A stretch of 64,000 nt of DNA from a virus. Where the stretch lies: positions 1-64,000 of the IMG/VR virus record IMGVR_UViG_3300025141_012314, one strand, 5' to 3'. Below, piece by piece: positions 1-7,745 of this stretch. The position numbers and the translations under genes are program-made. The notes under the pieces were generated by a model. That model ran no database searches. It saw nothing but the letters and a program-made list of their open reading frames with translations, and was not told the DNA's origin. The first letter of the stretch is position 1. Every line of letters starts with the position of its first letter.

Positions 1-2
1 GT

Positions 3-176
3 GCTGGGATGTTAAGTGCGTTCCCAGAGGCGGAGGGGATTATGGCGGCTATGAAATACTTTGATAAGAGACAACATTTTGAACCGAAAGACGTACATTT
101 TAAAAATGTTATGATGAGACCGAAGGACGGCCATCTAGTTATTGTAGATCTCGGATTGTTTGTGATAAAGAGGTAA
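3..176 (+). CDS. 5'-truncated protein kinase-like protein (C-terminal part)
   Basis: Not in the ORF track. Frame 3 reads ...FEPKDVHFKNVMMRPKDGHLVIVDLGLFVIKR*, a D-x-H-x-x-N catalytic loop followed by DLG (DFG equivalent), typical of the protein kinase-like fold. Confidence 0.7.
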   Translation, partial: AGMLSAFPEAEGIMAAMKYFDKRQHFEPKDVHFKNVMMRPKDGHLVIVDLGLFVIKR

Positions 177-180
177 ATGA

Positions 181-207
181 ATGAAACTCCTACTTGAAAA
201 TTGGCGA
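181..207 (+). repeat. 27-bp direct repeat copy 1 (ATGAAACTCCTACTTGAAAATTGGCGA) encoding MKLLLENWR
   Basis: Identical to 675-701. Confidence 0.95.
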
Positions 208-678
208 AAGTATTTGGCAGAAGAAGAGCCACAGACACCACAGAAATGTGTTACTGTTGGCTCTCTTATCAGCCAGATTGATAAGATGCAAAAAAAAGAA
301 ACAGCGACCAAAGTTGGAAAAACCGCTTTCAGCAATCTTGTTCAATATATACCTTTTGTTGGCGGAGCCATATCAACAGGTCAGGATATTGTAGATTATT
401 TTGAAAAAACCAAAGACTTTTTATCCAGAAAAGGAATAAACTATGACAAAATTGAAGACTTTCCAATTTTAGGACATTTAAAATTAGACCCAGAGTTGAT
501 AAAAGTTGTAGAAGATGATCTTTTAATAAAGTTAGATGAAATGTATGAAGAGGAAGTTCTAAGAAAGTTAGAGCCTACTACATGCATAGATAAGATTCCG
601 TCAATAAATGATTTTATTAGAAAAAAAATTGCTATTGAAACAAAAAATCATGTTGTTATTAAAGATGAAGCCAAATGA
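181..678 (+). CDS. Hypothetical protein with MKLLLENWRKYLAE leader (candidate head-packaged protein)
   Basis: 165-aa ORF; GAGGT Shine-Dalgarno upstream; leader shared with the next gene. Confidence 0.75.
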   Translation: MKLLLENWRKYLAEEEPQTPQKCVTVGSLISQIDKMQKKETATKVGKTAFSNLVQYIPFVGGAISTGQDIVDYFEKTKDFLSRKGINYDKIEDFPILGHLKLDPELIKVVEDDLLIKLDEMYEEEVLRKLEPTTCIDKIPSINDFIRKKIAIETKNHVVIKDEAK

Positions 679-701
679 AACTCCTACTTGAAAATTGGCG
701 A
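675..701 (+). repeat. 27-bp direct repeat copy 2 encoding MKLLLENWR
   Basis: Identical to 181-207. Confidence 0.95.
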
Positions 702-1244
702 GAGTTCTTAAATGAGTCAAAGCTCCGTGTCTTTGATTTTGACGATACAATAGCAAAATCCGATTCGAACATTCACATCACAACCGACACTGGTGACAGG
801 ATCACAATGACACCAGCCGAATACGCAACGCACGATTTTAATCCAGACTATGATTATGACTTTTCAGAGTTTGATGAAGTGATTAACCCAAGAGAAATTA
901 AACAAATTACTAATATTGTTCGCAATGCAATCAATGCCGGCACAGAGGGGCGCGAGATTGCTATCTTGACGGCGAGGGCTCCGCATGCCGAAGGTGCAAT
1001 TCGAGATTACCTTGAGAGTATCGGGCTCGATACCTCGAAAATTACATTCGGGCTTTTAGGAGACTCAGACCCTGACGCTAAGGCAGCATGGGTAGTTGAC
1101 CGAATAGAGCAGGGAGCTACAGATGTATTGTTTTTCGATGATTCGGGGAAGAACGTGGAAGCTATCAACTCTTTATCCGCCCAATACCCAGAAATTAAGA
1201 TCAGAGCAAGAAGAGTAAAGTATGCCGAAGACGTGGCACAGTAG
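675..1244 (+). CDS. HAD-superfamily phosphatase with MKLLLENWREFLNE leader
   Basis: HAD motifs: VFDFDDT (I), ILTAR (II), K (III), FFDDS..N (IV). Resembles polynucleotide 3'-phosphatase-type HADs. Confidence 0.8.
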   Translation: MKLLLENWREFLNESKLRVFDFDDTIAKSDSNIHITTDTGDRITMTPAEYATHDFNPDYDYDFSEFDEVINPREIKQITNIVRNAINAGTEGREIAILTARAPHAEGAIRDYLESIGLDTSKITFGLLGDSDPDAKAAWVVDRIEQGATDVLFFDDSGKNVEAINSLSAQYPEIKIRARRVKYAEDVAQ

Positions 1245-1369
1245 GTCTGTGGTGGCAAGGACATGTCGAAATAAACTATACATTTTTGATCTGATAATCG
1301 AGAAACCGGATAAAACCGGCGCCGGGTCACATCTGGAATAAATGACTTATAGCAAATGACTTGCTAACC

Positions 1370-1378
1370 ACTATTTAT
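1370..1378 (+). promoter_or_regulatory. Candidate late-promoter motif ACTATTTAT
   Basis: Intergenic, ~35 nt before the ATG at 1413; recurs upstream of many genes. Confidence 0.5.
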
Positions 1379-1412
1379 CATAGTATACCATGGTGCGGGA
1401 GGCTGTTTTATT

Positions 1413-1733
1413 ATGCAAGATGATAATGGGTGGGATCAATACTCAAAACTAGTTTTAAAACAACTAGAGACTCTTTCTCTTACTATCGAGGATTTGAGAT
1501 CAGAGCTTCAAGATATAAAAGAGAAATTGGCTGAACTGCGTGTGCGAGAAGAGAGAATCGAAGATATCCGTACGTGGAAAAACAAAGTAGACGAAGTTGT
1601 TTCACCCACTCAGCTGAGCATGTATATCAAAGAGATAGAAGAGCTTAAAATATTTAAAACCAAGGCAGTTGCTGTATTTGCTACTGTTCAATTTATAATG
1701 GCTATAGCAATTGCTTGGCCAAAACTATTCTAA
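1413..1733 (+). CDS. Coiled-coil protein with C-terminal transmembrane helix
   Basis: Heptad-rich body ending in hydrophobic AVAVFATVQFIMAIAIAW; GGAGG SD. Confidence 0.65.
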   Translation: MQDDNGWDQYSKLVLKQLETLSLTIEDLRSELQDIKEKLAELRVREERIEDIRTWKNKVDEVVSPTQLSMYIKEIEELKIFKTKAVAVFATVQFIMAIAIAWPKLF

Positions 1734-1734
1734 A

Positions 1735-2025
1735 ATGGCGTGGGATAATGTTGACGCCAAGAAGTTTAAAGTCTTAGTTAAACAAATCTCTGGCACTATA
1801 AAGGACGCCGACGGTGCACTGACGCCCTTTCACATAATTAAGGGAACTGGTGAGATTTGGTGTTTTCAACCATCTACGAAACAAGTTGTGAAGCTATTTC
1901 GAGGCAAAGATATCTATATTCTAGATTTTGGAACAGAAGAAGATGAACAATGTCTGACCATGTCTTCAGATGGTATTGTTTTTGTGATCGATAAAGACGA
2001 GATAGAAGAAATAGGCTTTAACTAA
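1735..2025 (+). CDS. Hypothetical protein
   Basis: ORF-track frame; start re-placed at the ATG just after the upstream stop. Confidence 0.65.
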   Translation: MAWDNVDAKKFKVLVKQISGTIKDADGALTPFHIIKGTGEIWCFQPSTKQVVKLFRGKDIYILDFGTEEDEQCLTMSSDGIVFVIDKDEIEEIGFN

Positions 2026-2168
2026 TGCTGTTTACGTTTAATAACGCACCTTGGAAATATCTACTTGTGTGTTGTGGCTCTTGGGGATTATACGCCCTTT
2101 GTGGTTTTGAATTCACAGTTATCACCCTTTTATCCCTTAGTATAGTCAATGTGAATCCAAAAAGATGA
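2025..2168 (+). CDS. Small hydrophobic (membrane) protein, 47 aa
   Basis: Not in the track. TAATG overlap with the upstream stop; MLFTFNNAPWKYLLVCCGSWGLYALCGFEFTVITLLSLSIVNVNPKR. Confidence 0.55.
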   Translation: MLFTFNNAPWKYLLVCCGSWGLYALCGFEFTVITLLSLSIVNVNPKR

Positions 2169-2204
2169 ACTTTTTTATTTCCAATAGAAAATTGTGCGCT
2201 ATTT

Positions 2205-2423
2205 ATGACACATATGAGACTTGATAAAAGAAAGACAAAAACTCTAATTCCAAATGAGCCGGCAATGCGTGGAAAGACGCTTTATATACTCTACAAATAT
2301 GATCTTGAGAGCGAAGAACTGGCTTCTGATGGTCCATTTTTAAGCAAAGACGAAGCTTATGAAAAAATGAATTCTTTTCTGCAGCAAAAGGTTTGTTCGT
2401 GGGTTGTCGTCTATAATGGATGA
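2205..2423 (+). CDS. Hypothetical protein
   Basis: 72-aa ORF filling the gap; start uncertain (2205/2214). Confidence 0.55.
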   Translation: MTHMRLDKRKTKTLIPNEPAMRGKTLYILYKYDLESEELASDGPFLSKDEAYEKMNSFLQQKVCSWVVVYNG

Positions 2424-2706
2424 GAAACCGGTTTTTGGAGAGTTATCTGCCGAAAATTTAGAAGTTGGCGATATTGTAGAATGGAAAAAATGGTGTTATA
2501 AATTGCGTGAATGGCAACCTCACTATGGAGTGATTACTGGCATCAAAAATGAGATAAAAGGTAATCGAATGGTGTCGATTTCAAATGTGATGCCACTTTC
2601 TAATAGTAATCAGGTTGAGGTGGAGTTCTTTACCCCTAGCTTAAAATTAGTGTCAAAAGTGCAGAGGTCTGATCAAATAAACCCAAAGTTTGTGGAAAAG
2701 GGGTGA
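2416..2706 (+). CDS. Small KOW/SH3-like beta-barrel hypothetical protein
   Basis: LEVGDIVEW...GVITGI pattern; ATG overlaps the upstream gene end. Confidence 0.55.
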   Translation: MDEKPVFGELSAENLEVGDIVEWKKWCYKLREWQPHYGVITGIKNEIKGNRMVSISNVMPLSNSNQVEVEFFTPSLKLVSKVQRSDQINPKFVEKG

Positions 2707-2712
2707 GTTGCA

Positions 2713-2721
2713 ACTATTTAT
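2713..2721 (+). promoter_or_regulatory. Candidate late-promoter motif ACTATTTAT
   Basis: Intergenic, upstream of the ATG at 2769. Confidence 0.5.
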
Positions 2722-2768
2722 ACTAGTAGTTTACAATACTCTATAATCTTGACTTGGTTTGTTTCTAA

Positions 2769-3560
2769 ATGATCGATATTATCAACCCTATGATTAAAAG
2801 ATTTCTTCCTTATGCACAAGAGAAGATGGGTTTTAATGAACCTCCAAAATTATTCCTTAAAGGTTCTGCGGAGAACGCAGAAGATCCTTTAGGAAAGACA
2901 GCTTTTTATGATCCCGCGGGTAAAGCAATCACAGTTTTCATAACAGGGCGCCATCCAAAAGATATCATGCGCTCTATTTCTCACGAGTTGGTACATCATG
3001 CACAAAATTGTCGTGGAGAGTTTGACAGCCCCGGTGAGATGGGTGCGGGATATGCTCAAACCAATGATCATCTGCGAAATATGGAGCGAGAAGCCTACGA
3101 AAAAGGAAACATGTGCTTCCGAGATTGGGAAGATAGCATAAAGAGTACTATTTATTTTGAACATCTACAAAAAGGAGACAGTAGAATAATGTCCACAAAA
3201 CAATGGAAGAACGGAGAACTCAAGGGTCTCCTTTCAGAAGCCTGGGGTCTAAAAATGGATCTCAACAAATTAAATGAAAACCAGGACTTTGCAGCCGCTC
3301 ACCGCGGTGCCGGAGTATCATTAGAGGAATCAGAAGAACTTGAAGAAGGTGATACTGGTGCTTCTAAGGGTGATAAGGGTAAGGATAAAAATGACCCGGG
3401 AGCCAAAGACTACACCGATGGTGGAGATCGCGAGGGCGATGAGTCTAAAACCCACGAGGGTGAGAAAGATGATACCACAAAAAACGAGGGCGTCGAAGTA
3501 CGATTGCAAGAGATTGTAAAGCGCGCCATTAAACAACTTAAGGAGAAGAAAAATGGGTAA
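2769..3560 (+). CDS. HExxH zinc metallopeptidase-like domain fused to an acidic low-complexity C-terminus
   Basis: SISHELVHHAQ plus downstream MEREAY glutamate; Glu/Asp/Gly/Lys-rich tail. Confidence 0.75.
   Translation: MIDIINPMIKRFLPYAQEKMGFNEPPKLFLKGSAENAEDPLGKTAFYDPAGKAITVFITGRHPKDIMRSISHELVHHAQNCRGEFDSPGEMGAGYAQTNDHLRNMEREAYEKGNMCFRDWEDSIKSTIYFEHLQKGDSRIMSTKQWKNGELKGLLSEAWGLKMDLNKLNENQDFAAAHRGAGVSLEESEELEEGDTGASKGDKGKDKNDPGAKDYTDGGDREGDESKTHEGEKDDTTKNEGVEVRLQEIVKRAIKQLKEKKNG
3147..3155 (+). promoter_or_regulatory. Intragenic candidate late-promoter motif ACTATTTAT
   Basis: Followed by AAGGAG (3172-3177) and an in-frame ATG at 3189. Confidence 0.45.
3189..3560 (+). CDS. Possible nested in-frame product (123 aa, acidic, scaffold/core-like)
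   Basis: Own SD and promoter-like motif inside the host ORF; starts MSTKQW. Confidence 0.45.
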   Translation: MSTKQWKNGELKGLLSEAWGLKMDLNKLNENQDFAAAHRGAGVSLEESEELEEGDTGASKGDKGKDKNDPGAKDYTDGGDREGDESKTHEGEKDDTTKNEGVEVRLQEIVKRAIKQLKEKKNG

Positions 3561-3735
3561 AAAATGGAAAAGATTGCTTATCGCAAGAAGAAATGCAGCT
3601 AAAGCAGTTGTGGAAACTGTACAAGAAGAACAGCCTGTCGCCAAACCAGAAAAGGCGGTTGTACCGGCTGCTGATGAAGCGGTGGAGAAGAAAGCACCAA
3701 AAGTAAAAAAAGCCTCTAAGCCCAAAAAGAAGTAA
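3553..3735 (+). CDS. Small Lys/Ala/Glu-rich basic protein
   Basis: AGGAG SD; 60 aa with KKAPKVKKASKPKKK tail. Confidence 0.6.
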   Translation: MGKKWKRLLIARRNAAKAVVETVQEEQPVAKPEKAVVPAADEAVEKKAPKVKKASKPKKK

Positions 3736-3742
3736 ATAAACG

Positions 3743-3997
3743 ATGTCGCTAGATAAAAATTGGAGTGACTTTATTTTAGGAGAAGGTTTAGATAGGAATA
3801 TATTTACTTATCTCCACGGGTTGCAGGAAATAATCACAGCAATTAAGCCTCGTTCTATAACAGAGGAGCACCGCTTAACTTTAGCTAAACAGCATATTAA
3901 AGAAGTTCGTCGTTCTGCTCGTAAGATGCAAAACGAAATGAAGTTGTTGGAAGAGAAGCTGAATATCTTAGAAGAAAGTTTAAACGAGGGAAAATAA
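3743..3997 (+). CDS. Coiled-coil hypothetical protein with degenerate leader MSLDKNWSDFILGE
   Basis: 84-aa ORF, tightly packed between neighbours. Confidence 0.65.
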   Translation: MSLDKNWSDFILGEGLDRNIFTYLHGLQEIITAIKPRSITEEHRLTLAKQHIKEVRRSARKMQNEMKLLEEKLNILEESLNEGK

Positions 3998-6343
3998 ATG
4001 CCCACACTTTTAAAAGAAGGCAGTGCCAACACACACCTTACTCACCTCGAAGAGTTAGTTCTCACGCAAGGTCCAGCCGGCTATAAAATGGCCCGGGCAT
4101 TTCTGTTAGAACTTCTTGAAACCCTAAAGGGGAATTCTAAATCGCATGTGCAAACATCTGTTAAATGGGATGGTGCACCGGCGATGTTTGTTGGTATCAA
4201 CCCCGAGAATGGTAAGTTTTTTGTAGGAACTAAATCAATCTTTAATAAGGTTCCTAAAATTAACTACACTGAAGAGGATATTGTCAGAAACCACGGGCAT
4301 GCGCCCGGGCTTGTTGATAAATTATCGAAAGCATTAAAATATCTCCCTTCCCTTGGGATCAAAAATATTCTGCAGGGTGATTTCATGTTCGATGATGAAA
4401 TGCTCGATGTTGTTCAAATAGATGGAGAACCACACTACCGCTTTAAGCCAAACACGATAGTTTATGCGGTACCGGTTGATTCAGACTTAGGTAGAGAGAT
4501 TGGGCAATCGAAATTTGGTATTGTGTTTCACACTACATATGATAGTCTAGATAGCGGCGCTAGCTTTGGAGCAGATGTAAGCGCGCTGAACCGACCGCCG
4601 GGGATTTGGTTCGATGATGCTTTCTTTACAGATGACACCGGTACAGTAACTCTTACTGCTGGTGAAGAGAAGAGAATTCTTTCTTTAGTTAAAGAGGCTG
4701 ACGCGGTTAATGAAAGTATAGACTATAATAATTTGCCTTCTGCGCTTCTGAATATCTATATTAACAGCGAAATTAAAGGCGGACAGTTTTTGGAGGATCC
4801 AGAACGTTCTTTTGATGGCTTTAAGAACTGGTATTTCGAGCGTTCTGAAAAGAAAATCAGTAAGCTAAAAAGCGAGAAAGGCCGCGGCAAAGCCGAAACA
4901 AAAGCTCTGCAAGATATTCAACTGCTCGATAGCAAAAAAGAAGATATTCTTAATCTCTTTCAGGTATCTCGTCTATTGTTTGAAGCCAAAAACATTTTTA
5001 TTGAGAAATACAACAATGCTGTGTATAATACAAAGCACTTTGTAGATGATGGCTCTGGAGATCTGGTTGCGACGAATCCAGAGGGATATGTAGCAGTAGA
5101 TCATGCGGGTAATGGAGTGAAATTTGTAGATCGTCTGGAATTTAGTCGCGCTAACTTTATGGTAGATAAAACTGCCAAATTTACTGGTGAATCCGTTGAT
5201 CGCCGAAACTTTACTGTTCAAATCTCAAAAAATAAACAAATAACGAAAACTATAGCCGAGTGGTTGACAGAAATTAAGGCCGCAGGGCACAAACACCAGA
5301 AACTCCCACAAATGGTTTATAAGGACGTCTTGGCAGGTACCCCTATCGTAGACATTGTTGTTCAAGAGAACGCCGAGAGAACCATCTACAACGCAGTTAT
5401 GGACTATGCCAACAGTCTAAAGGAACAGTTCGAAGAAGAGCCTCCAGAAGACGAATGGTATAGTGATGAATATGAGACGCTAGGAGATCGCAAGTTTGCA
5501 GATCGTCCGGGTCAGACCATCGCTCTTGTCCCAGGTGCATTTAAGCCACCACACAGAGGGCATGCCGATATGGTACGTCGTTATGCTACCGGTGACGGTG
5601 TGCCAAAGGCGGACAGAACAATTATTTTGATTTCCAACCCTAAAGGCGCACTGAGGAAGCTGCCGCATGACGATTCAGAAGTTAGTGCAGAACATTCCCG
5701 ACGAATTTGGGAAACAGTCTTCTCTGATGTTACAAACCTGCCGGGTGTTGAAATACAAGTTGCAGACTCAGAGATGAGATCGCCAGTAAGCATTGCTTAT
5801 GAATATATTAGTGAAACATCTCCGCTAGATATCAAGGCGGGAGACGATATTATTTTGGGCGCTAGCAGAAAAGATCGCGACTTCATGCGCTGGAAAGGCG
5901 CCTCTGAATATAAAAAGAAGAAGAGAGGGGTTAACGTCTTAGCTGGTGAGGAATACGCTGTAGTGCCTTCTGAGCGCTCTGATAACAAACCTTTTAGCGC
6001 CAGCGACTCGCGGCAGTTGGTCAGCAATTTAGTAACCAACCCAGAAGATGTGGAATCATTACGACAGCTATCTGAGTATATTCCACAAGATAAGATCGAT
6101 GAGTTATTCAATATCCTTGGACAACCATCTCCAGTTTCTACAATAGCACAAGATCCTGTGAATGAAACATCACTTGGGGGTGGCGGACCCGGTGGGGCGC
6201 CGGGGAATGTGACCGGTTACTCAGGCCCTTTGCAATCTGGGTTGGGTAAACCCAAGAAAAAACCCAGAAAGAAAAAGAATGAAAATTTAGTTATCGTGAA
6301 CGAAGTTATGAAACTAATTATGGAAAGAGGTATACAAAGATGA
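3998..6343 (+). CDS. DUF6267-like (RNA ligase-like) domain fused to an HxGH cytidylyltransferase-like domain
   Basis: N-half has KWDG, QGD, EGYV and VKFVDR; C-half has PGAFKPPHRGH and FSASDSR; Gly/Lys-rich tail. Confidence 0.75.
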   Translation: MPTLLKEGSANTHLTHLEELVLTQGPAGYKMARAFLLELLETLKGNSKSHVQTSVKWDGAPAMFVGINPENGKFFVGTKSIFNKVPKINYTEEDIVRNHGHAPGLVDKLSKALKYLPSLGIKNILQGDFMFDDEMLDVVQIDGEPHYRFKPNTIVYAVPVDSDLGREIGQSKFGIVFHTTYDSLDSGASFGADVSALNRPPGIWFDDAFFTDDTGTVTLTAGEEKRILSLVKEADAVNESIDYNNLPSALLNIYINSEIKGGQFLEDPERSFDGFKNWYFERSEKKISKLKSEKGRGKAETKALQDIQLLDSKKEDILNLFQVSRLLFEAKNIFIEKYNNAVYNTKHFVDDGSGDLVATNPEGYVAVDHAGNGVKFVDRLEFSRANFMVDKTAKFTGESVDRRNFTVQISKNKQITKTIAEWLTEIKAAGHKHQKLPQMVYKDVLAGTPIVDIVVQENAERTIYNAVMDYANSLKEQFEEEPPEDEWYSDEYETLGDRKFADRPGQTIALVPGAFKPPHRGHADMVRRYATGDGVPKADRTIILISNPKGALRKLPHDDSEVSAEHSRRIWETVFSDVTNLPGVEIQVADSEMRSPVSIAYEYISETSPLDIKAGDDIILGASRKDRDFMRWKGASEYKKKKRGVNVLAGEEYAVVPSERSDNKPFSASDSRQLVSNLVTNPEDVESLRQLSEYIPQDKIDELFNILGQPSPVSTIAQDPVNETSLGGGGPGGAPGNVTGYSGPLQSGLGKPKKKPRKKKNENLVIVNEVMKLIMERGIQR
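6313..6321 (+). promoter_or_regulatory. Candidate late-promoter variant ACTAATTAT
   Basis: Just upstream of the AGAGG SD and the ATG at 6340. Confidence 0.4.
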
Positions 6344-7164
6344 TCCCCAAGCAAGAGCAAAAACTCAGAGAAAATATTAGACAGTTGATTGAAGTTGTTA
6401 AGCAGAGAAGAGAATCAGCTGCAGCTAAGATCTTAGAAGAAGAAGCTAGATTACGTGGCATAGTAAGGGGTCTTTTAAATATAGAGCTTTCTAACCTGTC
6501 TGAAGGTGTTACACCCGATAATGATCCCACACCTAATAAATCTACCGGTATCAACGTGCTGGAGGATCTCCTCAAAAAGATTATTCCCGTTCTGCAGACT
6601 GACTTCAAACTTCTGACAACTGATGGCTCCCAAAGACAATCGTTTAGAGCCCACATTATTAATGCGGTCATTGGTGCTCTTACGCCCGCAGAAGTAAATA
6701 ACGAGGCTGGTGATGATATTGAAGCACTTGCCGAGATTGTTGACGTCGATCTCGGAGGACCCGCAGATGCAGACAAGTTTATCGATATCCGTACAGACGC
6801 AGAGAAGTCTGCGGATGAAGAAGAGCCCGAAGAGTCTGATCCTAGAGATGAATTTGGAATGGATGGCGCAGATGAGACCGGTCGAAACGTTGCTTTCAAC
6901 GCGTTCAAAAAGATTCAAACCTCAATTATTGATTCTTATGAACTGTTGTCTAACAATGAAGACCAAGAGTTATTCTACGATTATCTTATAGCCAATCTAA
7001 AATTGTATTTTGATAAGTTCGAAGATGAGCTGTCCCCAGAAGTTGAAGAGCCCACAAACCAAGCTTACCAAGACGCTGTGGCTGATGAGGGTGGTGAATT
7101 AGAAGCGCCCACTGAAGAGGGCGGTGAAGAGTCCGCAGAAGAGGAAATTGATCTTGAGTTTTAG
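6340..7164 (+). CDS. Highly acidic hypothetical protein (candidate prohead core/internal protein)
   Basis: 274 aa, Glu/Asp-rich, multiple L/I-x-E sites (LRE, ILEE, LSE). Confidence 0.7.
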   Translation: MIPKQEQKLRENIRQLIEVVKQRRESAAAKILEEEARLRGIVRGLLNIELSNLSEGVTPDNDPTPNKSTGINVLEDLLKKIIPVLQTDFKLLTTDGSQRQSFRAHIINAVIGALTPAEVNNEAGDDIEALAEIVDVDLGGPADADKFIDIRTDAEKSADEEEPEESDPRDEFGMDGADETGRNVAFNAFKKIQTSIIDSYELLSNNEDQELFYDYLIANLKLYFDKFEDELSPEVEEPTNQAYQDAVADEGGELEAPTEEGGEESAEEEIDLEF

Positions 7165-7171
7165 GTGAGAT

Positions 7172-7540
7172 GTGCGGAAAAAAGCAAAAAAGAATTTGAC
7201 AACTCAGAATAAGAGTGTTATTATAAAATTGAAAGCAAAAAACCTTATTAATGATAGTTTATTAGTTAGTATTAATAATTTAACATTAGAAGACTTAATC
7301 TCAATTAAATTAGAACTCTCAGCTAACCATATTAATAATAGACCATATGGATTTAGCTTGTGGTCGAAGGCTTCATATATAATGAAGGACTCTTTAATAA
7401 GGTTTGCACTCTCAACAACTAACTCGAAGAAAAGCGCAGCCAGGTTCCTAGGCATTACAGATAGTGAATTATATCAAGCTATCAAAAGGTATGAAGTGGC
7501 TGAACTATTAAAGGATAATGATAATGTGGAAGCTTTATAA
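7172..7540 (+). CDS. Fis-like helix-turn-helix protein
   Basis: ALSTTNSKKSAARFLGIT...LYQAIKRY matches the Fis/NtrC-type HTH pattern; start uncertain. Confidence 0.6.
   Translation: MRKKAKKNLTTQNKSVIIKLKAKNLINDSLLVSINNLTLEDLISIKLELSANHINNRPYGFSLWSKASYIMKDSLIRFALSTTNSKKSAARFLGITDSELYQAIKRYEVAELLKDNDNVEAL
7196..7224 (+). promoter_or_regulatory. Sigma70-type promoter TTGACA-17-TATTAT with extended -10 (TG)
   Basis: Perfect -35, 17-nt spacer; may drive the downstream gene and the tmRNA. Confidence 0.6.
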
Positions 7541-7745
7541 ATACAACGGGCGCTATATTATGGGAGATTTAATCAGCTCTCATAAAACTGAATCTGCTGC
7601 CATGAAAAAAGCCAAGAAAGAACTCACATTTAAACATACCGAAAAAGAAAAGAAATCAACCGGACTCTATATCTGGCTAGATGATCAAAATCATGCACCA
7701 GTTGGTGTTATATTTCAAAAGAAGAAAGATAAAAAGGGGGTGTAA
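7518..7745 (+). CDS. Small basic hypothetical protein
   Basis: AAGGA SD; its last 10 nt overlap the tmRNA 5' end. Confidence 0.6.
   Translation: MIMWKLYKYNGRYIMGDLISSHKTESAAMKKAKKELTFKHTEKEKKSTGLYIWLDDQNHAPVGVIFQKKKDKKGV

Noticed and set aside
1245-1369. Short direct repeats (AAACCGG x2, AAATGACTT x2) in an intergenic gap
   Set aside because: Only two short copies each; too little to call an operator or origin.
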